Source: Chiloscyllium plagiosum (Eukaryota). From it: a DNA stretch of 64,000 nucleotides. Both the position numbers and the translations under genes were made by a program. The stretch's first letter is position 1. The number at the start of each line of letters is the position of its first letter. The notes beneath the pieces are model-generated. The model had not been told where the DNA came from, searched no databases, and saw only the letters and a list, made by a program, of their open reading frames with translations. Positions 11,505 to 24,299 of the stretch are shown here, in pieces. The DNA is taken from contig NC_057719.1 in the NCBI RefSeq assembly GCF_004010195.1, forward strand, positions 76,809,273 through 76,873,272. Reading direction: 5' to 3'.

Positions 11505-14204
11505 TAATAAAATGTTATACTCTTCGCTGGACTTCAGTGAACTCTGTCCCCAATGGGATCTCCCTCACCATCTTGACATTCAACCACATCCTTTTACTTT
11601 TTCTCTAATTACATTTCCTGTAAGCAGTGACTACATGCCAGCCTAAAGTCATGACAGGTACAAGTCTTTCGTCTTCACCAGCGGTACTGAAAGTACTGAA
11701 AGCGGACTTTAACTTCTGGAGTGACACAGACAATGAAGTTAATCCATCAACTTCTTTCCTTCTTACACAGATCCTTGAGACTAAGGATAGTTTTATTCCA
11801 ATCCAGACACCCGAGGTGACTAAACCATCCTGAATCTGTAATTCCTGCTGCAGATAAGGTTTAGAGTGTTTGAAGAGGCATGTAGCTGGGATACTGAGAT
11901 TTTCGCATGCTCCTTCCACCGGTTGTGTTTGGCCTCCACCTGGACCTGTCTGAGGGGCTCAAGGTGGTGAGCAACTTCACGAATGCTTCTTCTCTACCTT
12001 GGGCTGTTTTAGGCAAGTGATTCCCATGAGTCAGTGGTGAAATTGCTTTACTTATAGGATATTTTTGAGGATGTTCGACTGGTTTCCCCGGTCCTGCTTG
12101 CAATGCAGAAGCACACCTTAGAGAGCTCAGTTTGGAACTCCTGGGTAGTACAGTACAGTAGTAGTTCATAGTTGAACAGTACGTAAAGAAATTTAAGCAA
12201 CTTGTGAATTCTGTGTCTTTTAAGAACTGTTAACTTACCTCATTATGACATGTATTGACTCCTGTTACTATTACTTGAGCCATTTATCCATTGCTCATTT
12301 TCCCTTCAAGTATGTCATATATGCATATGTGCGTGTGCGCGTGTATGTTTATAGACATGTATGCTTTTCCTCTCCTTCACTTTGTCTTCACCTAGAAAGA
12401 GTTTGTTGAGTAATACATCTTCCAGTTCCCCCATCTGATCATGATCCAGAAATTGTTGTCAAAAAGTGAGTAAGTTACAGTTGATTCAGTGTAGAATCTG
12501 TGATGCATCTTGTAGCTGAGCAGCCTGCCTGACAACCAGTTAAAGATTCACATCCTGAGTAGGACCGACATGAATAAGGCATCAGAGGACAGCAAGCATC
12601 AATGGCACTCAATCTCAGCAAGAGCTTGTACATTCAAGGAGTGAACAATTCTCACTCTGTTGACTCTGCAGAACAAACTCCCTTGTCAGCATTCCAGGAA
12701 TATGCTAGGACGACTATTTCCAGCTGGCTGAAATCTGGCTCTGTAAAGTGAGTCTCTGCAGAGCCTGCCAGCTGCTGCCTGATGCTAGCAAGCTCAGCTT
12801 GGTACATCAAGCTGAGTAAGCAAAAATGCACTTAACCAGGCAGTAAGCACCAACAGCAAAGTGGATGGCATCCAGCTCAGGACCAGCAATAGATAGTCTT
12901 TGGTCACCCCAAACTGGACCCAATGCCTGACTGAGTGATATCAGACTCGCAGGATTAGAAAATGCAAATCAGAATTAGCACTGGAAGCTCTATCTTGCAT
13001 AGACTCTGAATCCTGAACAGTGCACTCTCTCAAAACATCATAACCTGCAATTTCCATTTCACAGAAAGAAATGAATAACACAAGTTCTCAGAATGCTTTT
13101 ATTATATTAAATTGATTTGTTTAGTTTCTGATTTGATGGCAAACCAGGGACTCCATTACATATTTTGTCACTCACTATCAGATCAGCAAATCGTAACAGA
13201 AGTCAGATAGATCACAATTGCATTCTAGACTACAAAGGGCAGCAGACGGCTGACAGAAGGTCAATGTAGATCTAAAAAGGCTTCAATGCCAAGATCTAGG
13301 GGATAAATGCTCAAGTGGTTCAGACGCGTACAGAAAATTACAGGTTCCAGTAATAGTTCACTATGACCAAAGTTTTCAAACTGAATAAATGTAATACATC
13401 CTACTGTGCTTCAGCTGCATTCTAACAGAGTCCACAGCATGAATCAGCACCCACATACAGAACATGCTCAAGTAAAAACGATGGGTACAGTCAGCACATT
13501 TACACAAGTGGCTGAGGGCTTGCATAATTACAATGTCAAAATTTGCATAATTAGAATGTCATTGACCCTCATTGTCTGACCAAATTTAGAACATCGTTAA
13601 AAGAGTTAAACATGGTGACTGAACTTGAAGGATTATTGGTGTCATGCAAAATCACAATCTATGACTACACACAGTACAGTACATGGTTATTTATAGCTGT
13701 TCTGAACACCAAGCCTATAAGCTGCTTATTCTATTGCAGTTTGACCTAAATCCCACGAGGTGGAAGCAAAACCATAGATCTCAGACAAAGAGAGATCCAC
13801 CATCAAAATGGAAATCATACTTTTGCTAGTTCAGACTAACAAAGACAGAAACATGAATGAGAGGGACACGGCAGAAAGAGATGGGGAGATACAGTAAGAG
13901 AGGGAGTGGGAAAACTGAAGTCATCTCAGGTAAACATGAAGTGATAGATGTTGACATTGGGTACGATAAGGCAATCACTTTTGCAAAGTTGTTGGATATA
14001 CAGTAAACCCAGTCAAGGCATTATAGCATCCCCTGAACAAAACCCAGGACAGGATTTCCCTGTGGATTCCTGAACCCTTTTATCAAGGTGCAATGTGGCC
14101 CAGAAGGCCAACTTCAGTGTGGGAAATACTCTTGCAATGTGATTTTCCCCAGGACAGAGGGTGGGCTTATCTTCCAGTTGGAATAGAATAGGATAGGATA
14201 AAAT

Positions 14205-14400
14205 ATCCTTTATTGTCATGTGTACTCACTTACAGCAGTACAGGAGTACAGTGAAAAGTTTTACAAGGTTACCTCTTATGGCACCATCTTAGGTACATGT
14301 ACCTAGGTCCAACTCTTAAACACAATATTCAAAGGATCGTTAGAAATAAGACATAGTTAAAGGATTGAAATTAGAGTTAGGAAATAAATTTCAGCAGCAA
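14205..14400 (-). mobile_element. 3' end of a non-autonomous retroelement (family X)
   Basis: Minus strand gtacctaagatggtgcc...ttttcactgtactc...tgacaataaa; same family as 38505-38693. Confidence 0.55.
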
Positions 14401-15136
14401 CACCACTCTCCAGGTTGAATTGCTACAGAATCTGTACAGTAGGTAAGAGCTTTTAGACCTGCCCGGGTGCCGCCCCACACACCTGAACCCCTAACCTGCA
14501 AGGGGCAGCCCCCTGAAATCAGGAGGCAGGGTAGAAATTTCGACTCAATGACCTTCAATTGCCTGAAGTGGCTTTTAAACAGAGCAGTTTGGCGAACTGC
14601 TACCTGCTGAGAGATAGCCCTGCCACCAACCATCCTTCCATTGTATTCTCCCTCTACAAACAAAGACCCAGGAGCAGGACAGAACAGGAAACCAGTTTGC
14701 TGACCAGAACTGGTATGTCAATCCCCTTTTGGTTTGTCCTTCCTGCACTATTCAAACCTGTTTCAGGTCCAAGTGGGACATTTAAATTAAGCACATTGCG
14801 TGTCTCAGGGCTCTGGACAAATACTAAAGATGTTGCTTGTGATAAGAATCAATGAGAAAAGAACCTTTCCAAAGTCAAGACAACTATTTCCTCTCTCTGA
14901 TATGAAAAGTTAAAGATTATGTCAGCATCACAGATGAAGAACACACAAGACTAATTAGCCAGAAAACAGGAAATCTCCATAAAAAGTATTGAAGGACTTC
15001 TTATTGTAAGGCTTACAATAGTGTTACCAATGAAGCAGAGAGGGTACAGGGTGAACATATTGTCCAGGGGGGACTTAATGAACAAAGAGGGTACAGCAAT
15101 TGCAGAAAGTGCAGGACCAATTCGAACATGGATTGT

Positions 15137-15320
15137 GAGAAGGTGAGGACTGCTGATGCTGGAGAGCAGAGTCAGAATTTGTGGCGCTGGAAAGGCACAA
15201 TGGGTCAGGCAGCATCCGAGGAGCAGGAGAGTTAACATTTGGGCATAAGTCCTTCATCAGGAATGTGGGCGAGTGGGGCTGGGGGGGAGAGGAAAGATAG
15301 CTGGGAAGGCTATTTATGAT
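15137..15320 (-). mobile_element. PLE pLTR fragment with a degenerate hammerhead motif
   Basis: gagaaggtgaggactgctgatgctgg...gtccttcatcaggaatg; the minus strand carries CTGATGA-stem. Confidence 0.75.
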
Positions 15321-18087
15321 AGCCAAGTAGTGACGTCCATGGACTCACAAAATGGTCAGAAAGTGAAGTGTAAGTATTGACAGAAAGTAGAGAAATGTCT
15401 ATTACACCAGAAAGTGATCATGGAGTAGAGAAAGATTTTTCAAGAGAGAGGTTTTGCAATGGCAGCCTCAATAAAGCTGAGATGCAAGGCCACAACTTAA
15501 CAAGACTGGAAAATAAAATAAATGTTACAAGCAATCTCTCAACAAAAGTAGCAGCAGAAAATCATCATGACCATGACTTTTCATGGCTGTGAATAAAACT
15601 AAGGTTAAACATGTAAGAGAGGGAGAGAGAGTTGGAGACAGTTTGGAGTTTATTCTGAGGTAGCAGATAAGGTTCTACAAACTAGGTTAGATTTGAATGG
15701 AATAAGTCTTTGGAACTGGGACTTAGGGTTAAAGATAGACTAGTTACTTGGGGTGTTGAAGAATGGATTCTTCTAAATTTGGAAAAGTAATTTTAAAAAT
15801 CTTTTTGGTTTGTTTGGCCATGTATTTTGGGAGTTTATGAGCATGGACATTAAAGCTAAACTTCTACAAAGTGATATTTTTCAACAACATGCATTTCTGA
15901 TACCAAACAAAGCAGGTACAGAAGAAAAACAAAACAACGTGCCAACGAGATCTATTTTGCTGTTCAATTAAAATCTGAGGATTCTGGGTAATCCAAGATG
16001 GAGGACGGGAAAAATTTCTGGCTGCAACAGCTGCTCCTTTTTTGAGGTATTTTAACTGCTGGAAGTAATTTCCTCAAATTCCAGGAGCAGCAAATACTGT
16101 TTTATATGCTGTTGCATTGTTTTGGAACTTTGTAAAAAAAAGTCAAAACAACAGCAGTTTTAAAAGGGAGAAGAAGAGACAAAGGAAGCACAGGATGAGG
16201 TCATTGCAGGAGAGAGAGAAAGAAAGAAAGAAACTGACACTGCCTTTGCTGTTTGAATTCATGTATCGCTGGACATCAGAGTGCGCCTGGGAAAATTAAC
16301 AAACAGTGAAATTCACAACTGATCTTGGAGGAACTGTTGGGCGAAGTTCACAGCACAGAAGCAGGTAAGTGTATTGTTGTTTTAAGTGTGACCTACAGAA
16401 AGTCTGCAGTAGTGAGTAGAGTGGGTTCTTTCTTGATTATATGTTTTTGGAGATATGTCTCTTGATTAAACTTAAAATATAAGCCACAACTATTAATTTA
16501 ACCTTGGGCAGTGTTTGTAGAGGAATAAGTCAGTGTTATTTTCTGGGTCTGTAGATTGTGAAGAAGCAAAAATGGCCCTTAGTGGAGTGAAATGTGCTTC
16601 TTGTCAGATGTGGGAGTTTAAAGAGAGTTTAAGGATTACAGTGGATTATATCTGCGATAAATTCTGTTGGTTGCGAATCTTATCAGGTTGAATAGATTGG
16701 TTGGAGAGACAGTTAGAAGCAATGAGGAATTTGCAATAACAACAGTATGTGATGGATGGTAGTTATAGGAAGGGGAGGTTGGGGGGAGGGGAAGTCTCAG
16801 ATACAGTCATATTGATGGGTTAACTCCAGGAAAGGTAATAGAGGTAGGCAGCTAGTGCAGGAATCTTTTGTGGTTATACCCATTTCAAACAAGTATGCTG
16901 TTTTGGAAAATGTAGGGGGGGAATGGATTCTCAGGGGATTGTAGCACGAACAGCCAAGTTTCTGGTATTGAGACTGGCTCGAATGCAACAAGGGGTACAA
17001 CGGGTTCCAAGAGATCAATTGTATTGGGGATTCTCTAGTCAGAGGTATAGACAGACGTTTCTGTGGCCAGCAGCAAAAAATCAGAGTGGTGTGTTGCTTC
17101 CCTGGTGCCAGGATCAAGGATGTCTCATAGACGGTGCAGAACCTTCTCAAGGGGGAGAGGGGCCAGAAAGAGGCCATTGTCCACATTGGAACCAACGACA
17201 TAGGAAGGGAAAAGGTAGAGATTTTGAAGGGAGATTACAGAGAGTTAGGCAGGAATTTAAAAAGGAGGTCCTCGAGAGTAGTAATATCTGGATTACTCCC
17301 GGTGCTATGGGCTAGTGAGGGCAAGGATAGAAGGATAGAGCAGATGAATGCATGGCTGTGGAGCTGGTATATAGAAGAAGGATTCACATTTTTTGGATCA
17401 TTGGAATCTCTTTCGGGGTAGATGTGACCTGTACAAGAAGGACAGATTGCACCTAAATTGGAAGGGGACTAATATACTGGCAGGGACATTTGCTGGAGCT
17501 GCTTGGGAGGATTTAAATTAGTAAAGTGGGGAGGGGGTGGGACCCAGGGAGATAATGAGGAAAGTCGTCAATCTGAGACTGGTACAGTTGAGAACAGAAG
17601 CGAGTAAACTAACTGTCAGGGCAGGCAGGGACAAGGTAGGACTAATAAATTAAATAATTAAATTTATTTCAATGCAAGGGGCCTAACAGGGAAGGCAGAT
17701 GAACTCAGTGCATGGTTAGGAACATGGGACTGGGATATCATAGCAATTACAGAAACATGGCTCAGGGATGAGCAGGACTGGAAGCTTAATGTTCCAGGAT
17801 ACAAATGCTACAGGAAGGTTAGAAAGGGGAGGCAAGAGAGGAGAGGAGTGGTGTTTTTGATAAGGGATAGCATAACAGCTATGCTGAGGGAGGATATTCT
17901 TGGAAATACATCCAGGGAAGTTATTTGGGTGGAACTGAGAAATAAGAAAGGGATAATCACCTTATTGGGATTGTACTATTGACCTCCTAATAATCTGAGG
18001 GAAATTGAGAAACAAATTTGTAAGGAGATCTCAGCCATCTGTAAGAATAATAGGGTGATTATGGTAGGGGATTTTAACTTCTCAAAT

Positions 18088-18719
18088 GCAAGGTTTGTGA
18101 AGGTTTGTAACTCAGGTTGAGGTTTAGGGTGTAGGTTTGCTCGCTGAATTGTAGGTTTGATATCCAGACGTTTCATTACCTGGCTAGGTAACACAAACCC
18201 ACCAACACTCTCAAAAAAACTAAAACTTAAAAGACCCAGTATAACCCATGGACAAAACCAATGTCATCTACAAAATTCCATGCAAGGACTGCCATAAACT
18301 ACGTAGGACAAACAGGAAGAAAGTTAGCCACCAGGATACACGAACACCAGCTAGCCACAAAAAGACACGACCCTCTCTCCCTCGTAGCCCTACACACGGA
18401 TAAAAAAATCCACCATTTCGACTGGGACAACACATCTATCCTGGGACAGGCTAAGCAAAGACATGCCAGAGAATTCCTAGAGGCCTGGCACTCCAACCAC
18501 AACGCCATAAACAAACACATAGATCTAGATACCCTCTATCAACCCCTCAGAAAACAAACAGGAAATGACATTACCACAAACCCCAGGTCAAACATATAAA
18601 TAGAAAGCAGGAAACAACAGCTTTGTTTCACTTGGAGGTCGCCACTGATGATGTTACCTAGCCAGGTAATGAAATGTCTGAATATCAAACCTACAGCTCA
18701 GCGAGCAACCTATGCCCTA
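18088..18719 (+). mobile_element. Penelope-like insertion with an inverted 5' segment, GIY-YIG endonuclease remnant and pLTR; 12-bp TSD
   Basis: ORF 18261-18599 YVGQTGRKLATRIHEH...REFLEAWHS; TSD aacttctcaaat at 18076-18087 and 18720-18731; inverted repeat ~18123-18193 vs ~18652-18721. Confidence 0.92.
18642..18681 (+). ncRNA. Minimal type I hammerhead ribozyme motif (CpG-decayed)
   Basis: cca-CTGATGA-tgttacc-tagcca-ggtaat-GAAAT-GTC-tga; the inverted copy at ~18163-18193 retains GAAACGTC-tgg. Confidence 0.65.
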
Positions 18720-18761
18720 AACTTCTCAAATATAGACTGGGACTGCCATAGTGGTAAGGAC

Positions 18762-20218
18762 ATGTACTACTGTGTGAAAAAGTTGCCCCGTAGGTCTCTT
18801 TTATATCTTTCCCCTCTCATCCTAAACCTATGCCCTCTAGTTCTGGACTTCCTGACCCCAGAGAAAAGACTTTGTCTATTTATCCTATCCATGTCCCTCA
18901 TAATTTTGTAAACCTCTATAAGGTCACCCCTCAATCTCCGATGCTCCAGGGAAAACAGCCCCAGTCTGTTCAGCCTCTCCCTATACCTCAAGTCCTCCAA
19001 CCCTGGCAACATCCTTGTAAGTCTTTTCTGAACCCTTTCAAGTTTCACAACATCTTTCCGATAGGAAGGAGACGCCCATCTGGTCCAGATCCCATTGTAA
19101 TCTGAGGTATCCCTCTTTGCTGTTCACTACACCTCCAATTTTGGTGTCATTTGCAAACTTACTAACTGTACCTCTTATGCTCGCATCCAAATCATTTATG
19201 TAAATGACAAAAGTTGAGGACCCAGCACTGATCCTTGTGGCACTCTACTAGTCACAGGCTTCCAGTCTGAAAAACTAAAGTCCACCACCACCCTCTGTCC
19301 TCTAATTGAGCCTGTTCTATATCCAAATGACTAGTTCTCCTTGTATTCCATGAGATCTAACCTTGCTAATCAGTCTCCCATGGGGAACCTTGGTGAGCAC
19401 CTTACTGAAGTCCATATAGATCACATCTACCACTCTGCCCTCATCAATCCTCTTTGTTGTTTCTTCAAAAAGCACAATCAAGTTTGTGAGACATGATTTC
19501 CCACGCACAAAGCCATGTTGACTATCCATAATTAGTCCTCATCTTTCCAGATACATGTACATCCTGTCCTTCAGGATTCCCTCCAACAACTTGCCCACCA
19601 CTGATGTCAGGCTCACTGGTCTATAGTTCCCTGGCTTGTCCTTACCGCCCTTCTTAAACAGTGGCACCATGTTAGCCAACCTCCAGTCGTCCGGCACCTC
19701 ACCTGTGACTATTAATGATACAAATATCTCAGCAAGAAGCCAAGCAATCATTTCTCCAGCTTCCCACAGAGTTCTAGGGTACACCTGATCAGGTCCTGGG
19801 GATTTATCCACCTTTACCAGTTTCAAGACATCCAGCACTTCCTCCTCTGTAATTTGGACATTTTGCAAGATGTCACAATCTATTTCCCTACGGTCTATAT
19901 CTTCCATATCCTTTTCCACAGTAAATACTGATGCAAAATACTCATTTAGCATCTCCCCCATTTTCTGCAGCTCCACACAAAGGCCGCCTTGCTGATGTTT
20001 GAGGGGCCTACTCTCTCCCTAGTTACCCTTTGTCCTTAATATATTTGTAACAGCCATTTGGATTCTCCTTAACACTATTTGCCAAACCTATCTCATGTCC
20101 CCTTTTTACCCTTCTGATTTCCCTCTCAAGTATAATCCTAATTCCTTTATACTCTGAGGATTCACTCGATCTATCCTGTCTATACCTTACATATGCTTCC
20201 TTCTTTTTCTTAACCAAG
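18762..20218 (-). mobile_element. Inverted internal CR1 ORF2 segment of the same subfamily as the host element
   Basis: ORFs 19539-19976, 19317-19529 and 18767-19048 parallel the + strand sequence at ~20570-22330; no 3' tail. Confidence 0.9.
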
Positions 20219-23200
20219 AAAACTTGACCTACTCTTGGGAAATAAGGCATGGCAGGTGACTGAGGTGTCAGTGGGAGAGCAGTTTGGGCCCAGCAACCAC
20301 AATTCTATTAGATTTAAAATAGCGATGGAAAAGGATAGACCAGATCTAAAAGTTGAAGTTCTAAATTGGAGAAAGGCCAGTTTTGACGGTATTAGGTAAG
20401 AACTTTCAAAAGCTGATTGGGGCAGATGTTCGCAGGTAAAGGTACGGCTAGTAAATGGGAAGCCTTCAGAAATGAGATAACAAGAATACAAAAAGTATAT
20501 TCCTGTCAGGGTGAAAGGAAAGGCTGGTAGGTATAGGGAATGCTGGATGATTAAAGAAATTGAGGGTTTGGTTAAGAAAAAGAAGGAAGTATATGCCAGA
20601 TATAGACAGGATAGACCGATTGAATCCTGAGAAGAGTATAAAGGCAGTCGGAGTATACTTAAGAGGGAAATCAGGAGGGCAAAAAGGGGACATGAGATAG
20701 CTTCGTCAAATAGAATTAAGGAGAATCCAAAGGGTTTTTACAAATAAGTTAAGGACAAAAGAGTAACTGGAGAGAAAATAGGGCCCCTCAAAGATCAGCA
20801 AGGCGGCCTTTGTATGAAGCTGCAGAAAATGGGAGAGATACTAAACGAATATTTTGCATCAGTATTTACATATGCTAGATAGGATAGTGAAGAAAAGGAT
20901 ATGGAAGATATAGAATATAGGGAAATAGATGGTGACATCTTACAAAATGTCCAAATTACATAGGAGGAAGTGCTGGATGTCTTGAAACACAAAAGGTGGA
21001 TAAATCCCCAGGACCTGATCATGTGTACCCTAGAACTCTGTGGGAGGCTGGAGAAGTGATTGCTGGGCCTCATGCTGAGATATTTGTACAATCGATAGTC
21101 ACAGGTGAGGTGCCAGAGGTTTAAGAAGGGTGGTAAGGACAAGCCAGGGAACTATAGACCAGTGAGCCTGACGTCAGTGGTGGGCAAGTTGTTGGAGGAA
21201 TCCTGAGGGACAGGATGTACATGTATTCAGAAAGACAAGGACTGATTCAGGATAGTCAATATGGTTTTGTATGTGGGAAATCATGTCTCACAAACTTGAT
21301 TGAGTTTTTGAAGAAGTAACAAAGAGGAATGATGAGGGCAGAGTGGTTGATGTGAGATATATGGATTTCAGTAAGGCGTTCCACAAGGTTCTCCATGGGA
21401 GACTGGTAAGCAAAGTTAGATTTCATGGAATACAGGGAGAACTAGCCATTTGGACACAGAACTGGCTCAAAGGTAGACAGAGGGTGGTGGTGGACTTTAG
21501 TTTTTCAGACTGGAAGCCTGTGACTAGTAGAGTGCCACAAGGATTGGTGCTGGGTCCTCTACTTTTGTCATTGACATAAATGATTTGGATGCGAGCATAA
21601 GAGGTACAGTTAATAAGTGTGCAGATGACACCAAAACTGGACGTGTAATGAACAGCAAAGAGGGATACCTCCGACTACAACAGGATCCTGACCAGATGGG
21701 CCAATGGTCAGAGAAGTGGCAGATGGAATTTAATTCAGGTAAATGAGAGGTGCTGCATTTTGGGAAAGCAAATCTTAGCAGGACTTATACACTTAATGGC
21801 AAGGCCCTCGGGAGTGTTGCTGAACAAAGAGACCTTGGAGTGCAGATTCATAGCTCCTTGAAAGTGGAGTCGCAGGTAGATAGGATAGTGAAGACGGCGT
21901 TTGGTATGCTTTCCTTTATTGGTCAGAGTATGGAGTACAGGAGTTTGGAGGTCATGTTGCGGCTGTACAGGACACTGGTTAAGCCACTGTTGGAATATTG
22001 CGTGCAATTCTGGTCTCCTTCCTATCGGAAAGATGTTGTGAAATTTGAAAGGGTTCAGAAAAGACTTACAAGGATGTTGCCAGAATTGGAGGATTTGAGC
22101 TATAGGGAGAGGCTGAACAGGCTCGGGCTGTTTTCCCTGGAGTGTCGGAGGCTGAGGGGTGATCTTATAGAGGTTTACAAAATTATGAGGGGCATGGATA
22201 GGATAAATAGACAAAGTCTTTTCCCTGGGGTTGGGGAGTCCAGAACTAGAGGGCATAGGTTAGGGTGAGAGGGGAAAGATATAATAGAGACCTAAGGGGC
22301 AACTTTTTCACACAGAGGGTGGTACGTGTATGGATTGAGCTGCCAGAGGAAGTGGTGGAAGCTGGTACAAGTGCAATATTTAAGAGGCATTTGGATGGGT
22401 ATATGAATAGGAAGGGTTTGGAGGGATATGGGCCGGGCGCTGGCAGGCGGGACTAGATGGGGTTGGAATATCTGGTCGGCATGGACGGTTTGGACTGAAG
22501 GGTCTGTTTCCATGCTGTACATCTCGATGACTCTATGACTATGACTATGACTCTAATCCTGCAATGTTTTGTGTCTATCATAAAGGGAAAACTCATTTCT
22601 AAAGTGGGGGGGTCCTGCAGGATTTGAGAAATGCATTAGTAATAAGATTAGAGTAGAATTTGAGATTACAAATCATGCTTCTGGGCTTTCAAACAAATTG
22701 GTTTCGATATTAAGAACTATCGATCTGGAAAAGGTTAAATTGACAATTCTACTCAGAGTCTTATGCCAGAAAGGTGACATTACATCTGAAGAAGACCAAG
22801 CTAATGTGAGCCTGGTTGATCCGTTGAAATGATGGTGCACTCTGAATAGACCACGTTAGTTTTGATGTTTGAGGTTGAAGTATTATGATGGAACGCCCTG
22901 AAATACAGAATATTTTAAAGGAAAACATTAATCAAGATTGACTTCTTTCGTCGGTGCTTAATTTTCCATCCTGCATGTCGTATGGTGTGACATGCAGTTT
23001 ACTCAACAGCTCAATGGGAATTTCCTGTGCATTTTCTGGCCTATCAGATATAATCTAGAAGTGGGTGGAATCATGTTGTGTGGTGACCCAACATCACAAT
23101 TCAGAGATTTCACATGATCTGCTATCCCCCAGTCTTCCAACCCGTCCACACACCTGAACCTGAACCCCTTTGGCTGTTAAGATCTTACCCAATGGATTAA

Positions 23201-23378
23201 ATGGTCAGTTGTATGTTCCATGGAGTTCTTTTATCAGAGATGAACAAATGTTAAAAAAAATAATAAAACAGGTGCATTTCTCAGAGAATGAAACACATTG
23301 ATCGTGTAAAAAGGGAATATGTTGTGTGTTTTTGGTCAGTTCCTTGCATTCTCCTTCAGTGAATAGAATGTATACAAG

Positions 23379-23527
23379 TTCAAAGATGTGCAGGTTAGGT
23401 GGAGTGGCCACGGGAAATGCAGGGTTACAGGGATAGGGTGGGGTGATGCACCTGGTCTTCAGAGGGTCAGTATGGACTCAATGGGCCAAATGACCTGCAT
23501 CCACACTGTAGGGATTCTATGATTCTA
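23379..23527 (+). mobile_element. HE1-type SINE 3' half
   Basis: aagatgtgcaggttaggtgga...ccacactgtagggattctatgattct. Confidence 0.8.
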
Positions 23528-23534
23528 AGGAGCA

Positions 23535-24070
23535 TGATGGGTATAGGAACAAGAGTCGGCCATTCAATCTATCAAACATGTCCCTCCATTCAATATGATC
23601 AAGGCTGAGAAAACACTTTAATGCCTTTTACCCATCCAATCCCCATAACCCTGTATGCCATTGGTAATCAAATGGGCTCTAACGTAGCTGCTAAAAAATT
23701 GAAACAAAACTTCACTATTTCTGTACTCAAATCCTCTTGCAATTGAAAGGTTAACATTGCATTCACCTTCCTAATAGCTTTCTACACCAGTATGTTAATA
23801 AGACCATAAGTAGTAAGAACAGGAGTAGACCATTCAGCCCCTCAAGCTTGCTCTGATATTCAATACGACTAGTTGATCCAATATTTCTCAAGTCCACTTT
23901 CCTGTTCTTTTCCTGACTGATCACAAATATATCTGTCTCAGCCTTAAATATACACAAGGTTTCTTTCCCCCACAGCTCTCTGTGCAAAGGAGTTCCAAAG
24001 ACTCTCAACCCTCTGAGAAGATATTTCTCCTCATCTCAGTCTTAACTTGGGATCCCTTTATTCAAGTTCT
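23535..24070 (-). mobile_element. CR1 3'-end fragments
   Basis: aggaacaagagtcggccattca, agaacaggagtagaccattcagccc and ELWGKETLCIFKAE. Confidence 0.7.
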
Positions 24071-24299
24071 AGAATACAAGTCTGAAGTACTATTACCAAA
24101 ATAGTGTCAGGGCCCACATTCTTTGCAGTATCCAGTGTCTCCTACTGTTTCTTGATATCACAATGAGAGAACTGAATTAGCTGATAACCAGCATCTATGA
24201 AGCTGGGGACCTCTGGGGGAGACTGAGGGGATCAGCCACTTGGCACTTCTGACTGAAGGTATTCACAAATGTTTCAGCATTATTTTGTTTTGCATTAAT

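Larger units (their letters stand above)
15986..22555 (+). mobile_element. Near full-length decayed CR1 LINE: 5'UTR, ORF1 (zinc finger/leucine zipper plus SGNH esterase), ORF2 (APE plus RT) and microsatellite tail
   Basis: ORF1 from ATG 16572 (MALSGVKCASCQMWE...GDSLVRG...HIGTND); APE YFNARGL...ITETWL...GDFN; RT YMDFSKAF...ADDTK; tail gactctatgactatgac. Many stops and frameshifts; interrupted at 18088-18719 and 18762-20218. Confidence 0.93.

Noticed and set aside
21735..22256. Antisense ORFs overlapping CR1 (also 40251-40703, 44672-45079 and 28562-29077)
   Set aside because: Shadow frames of CR1 ORF2 that recur in every copy
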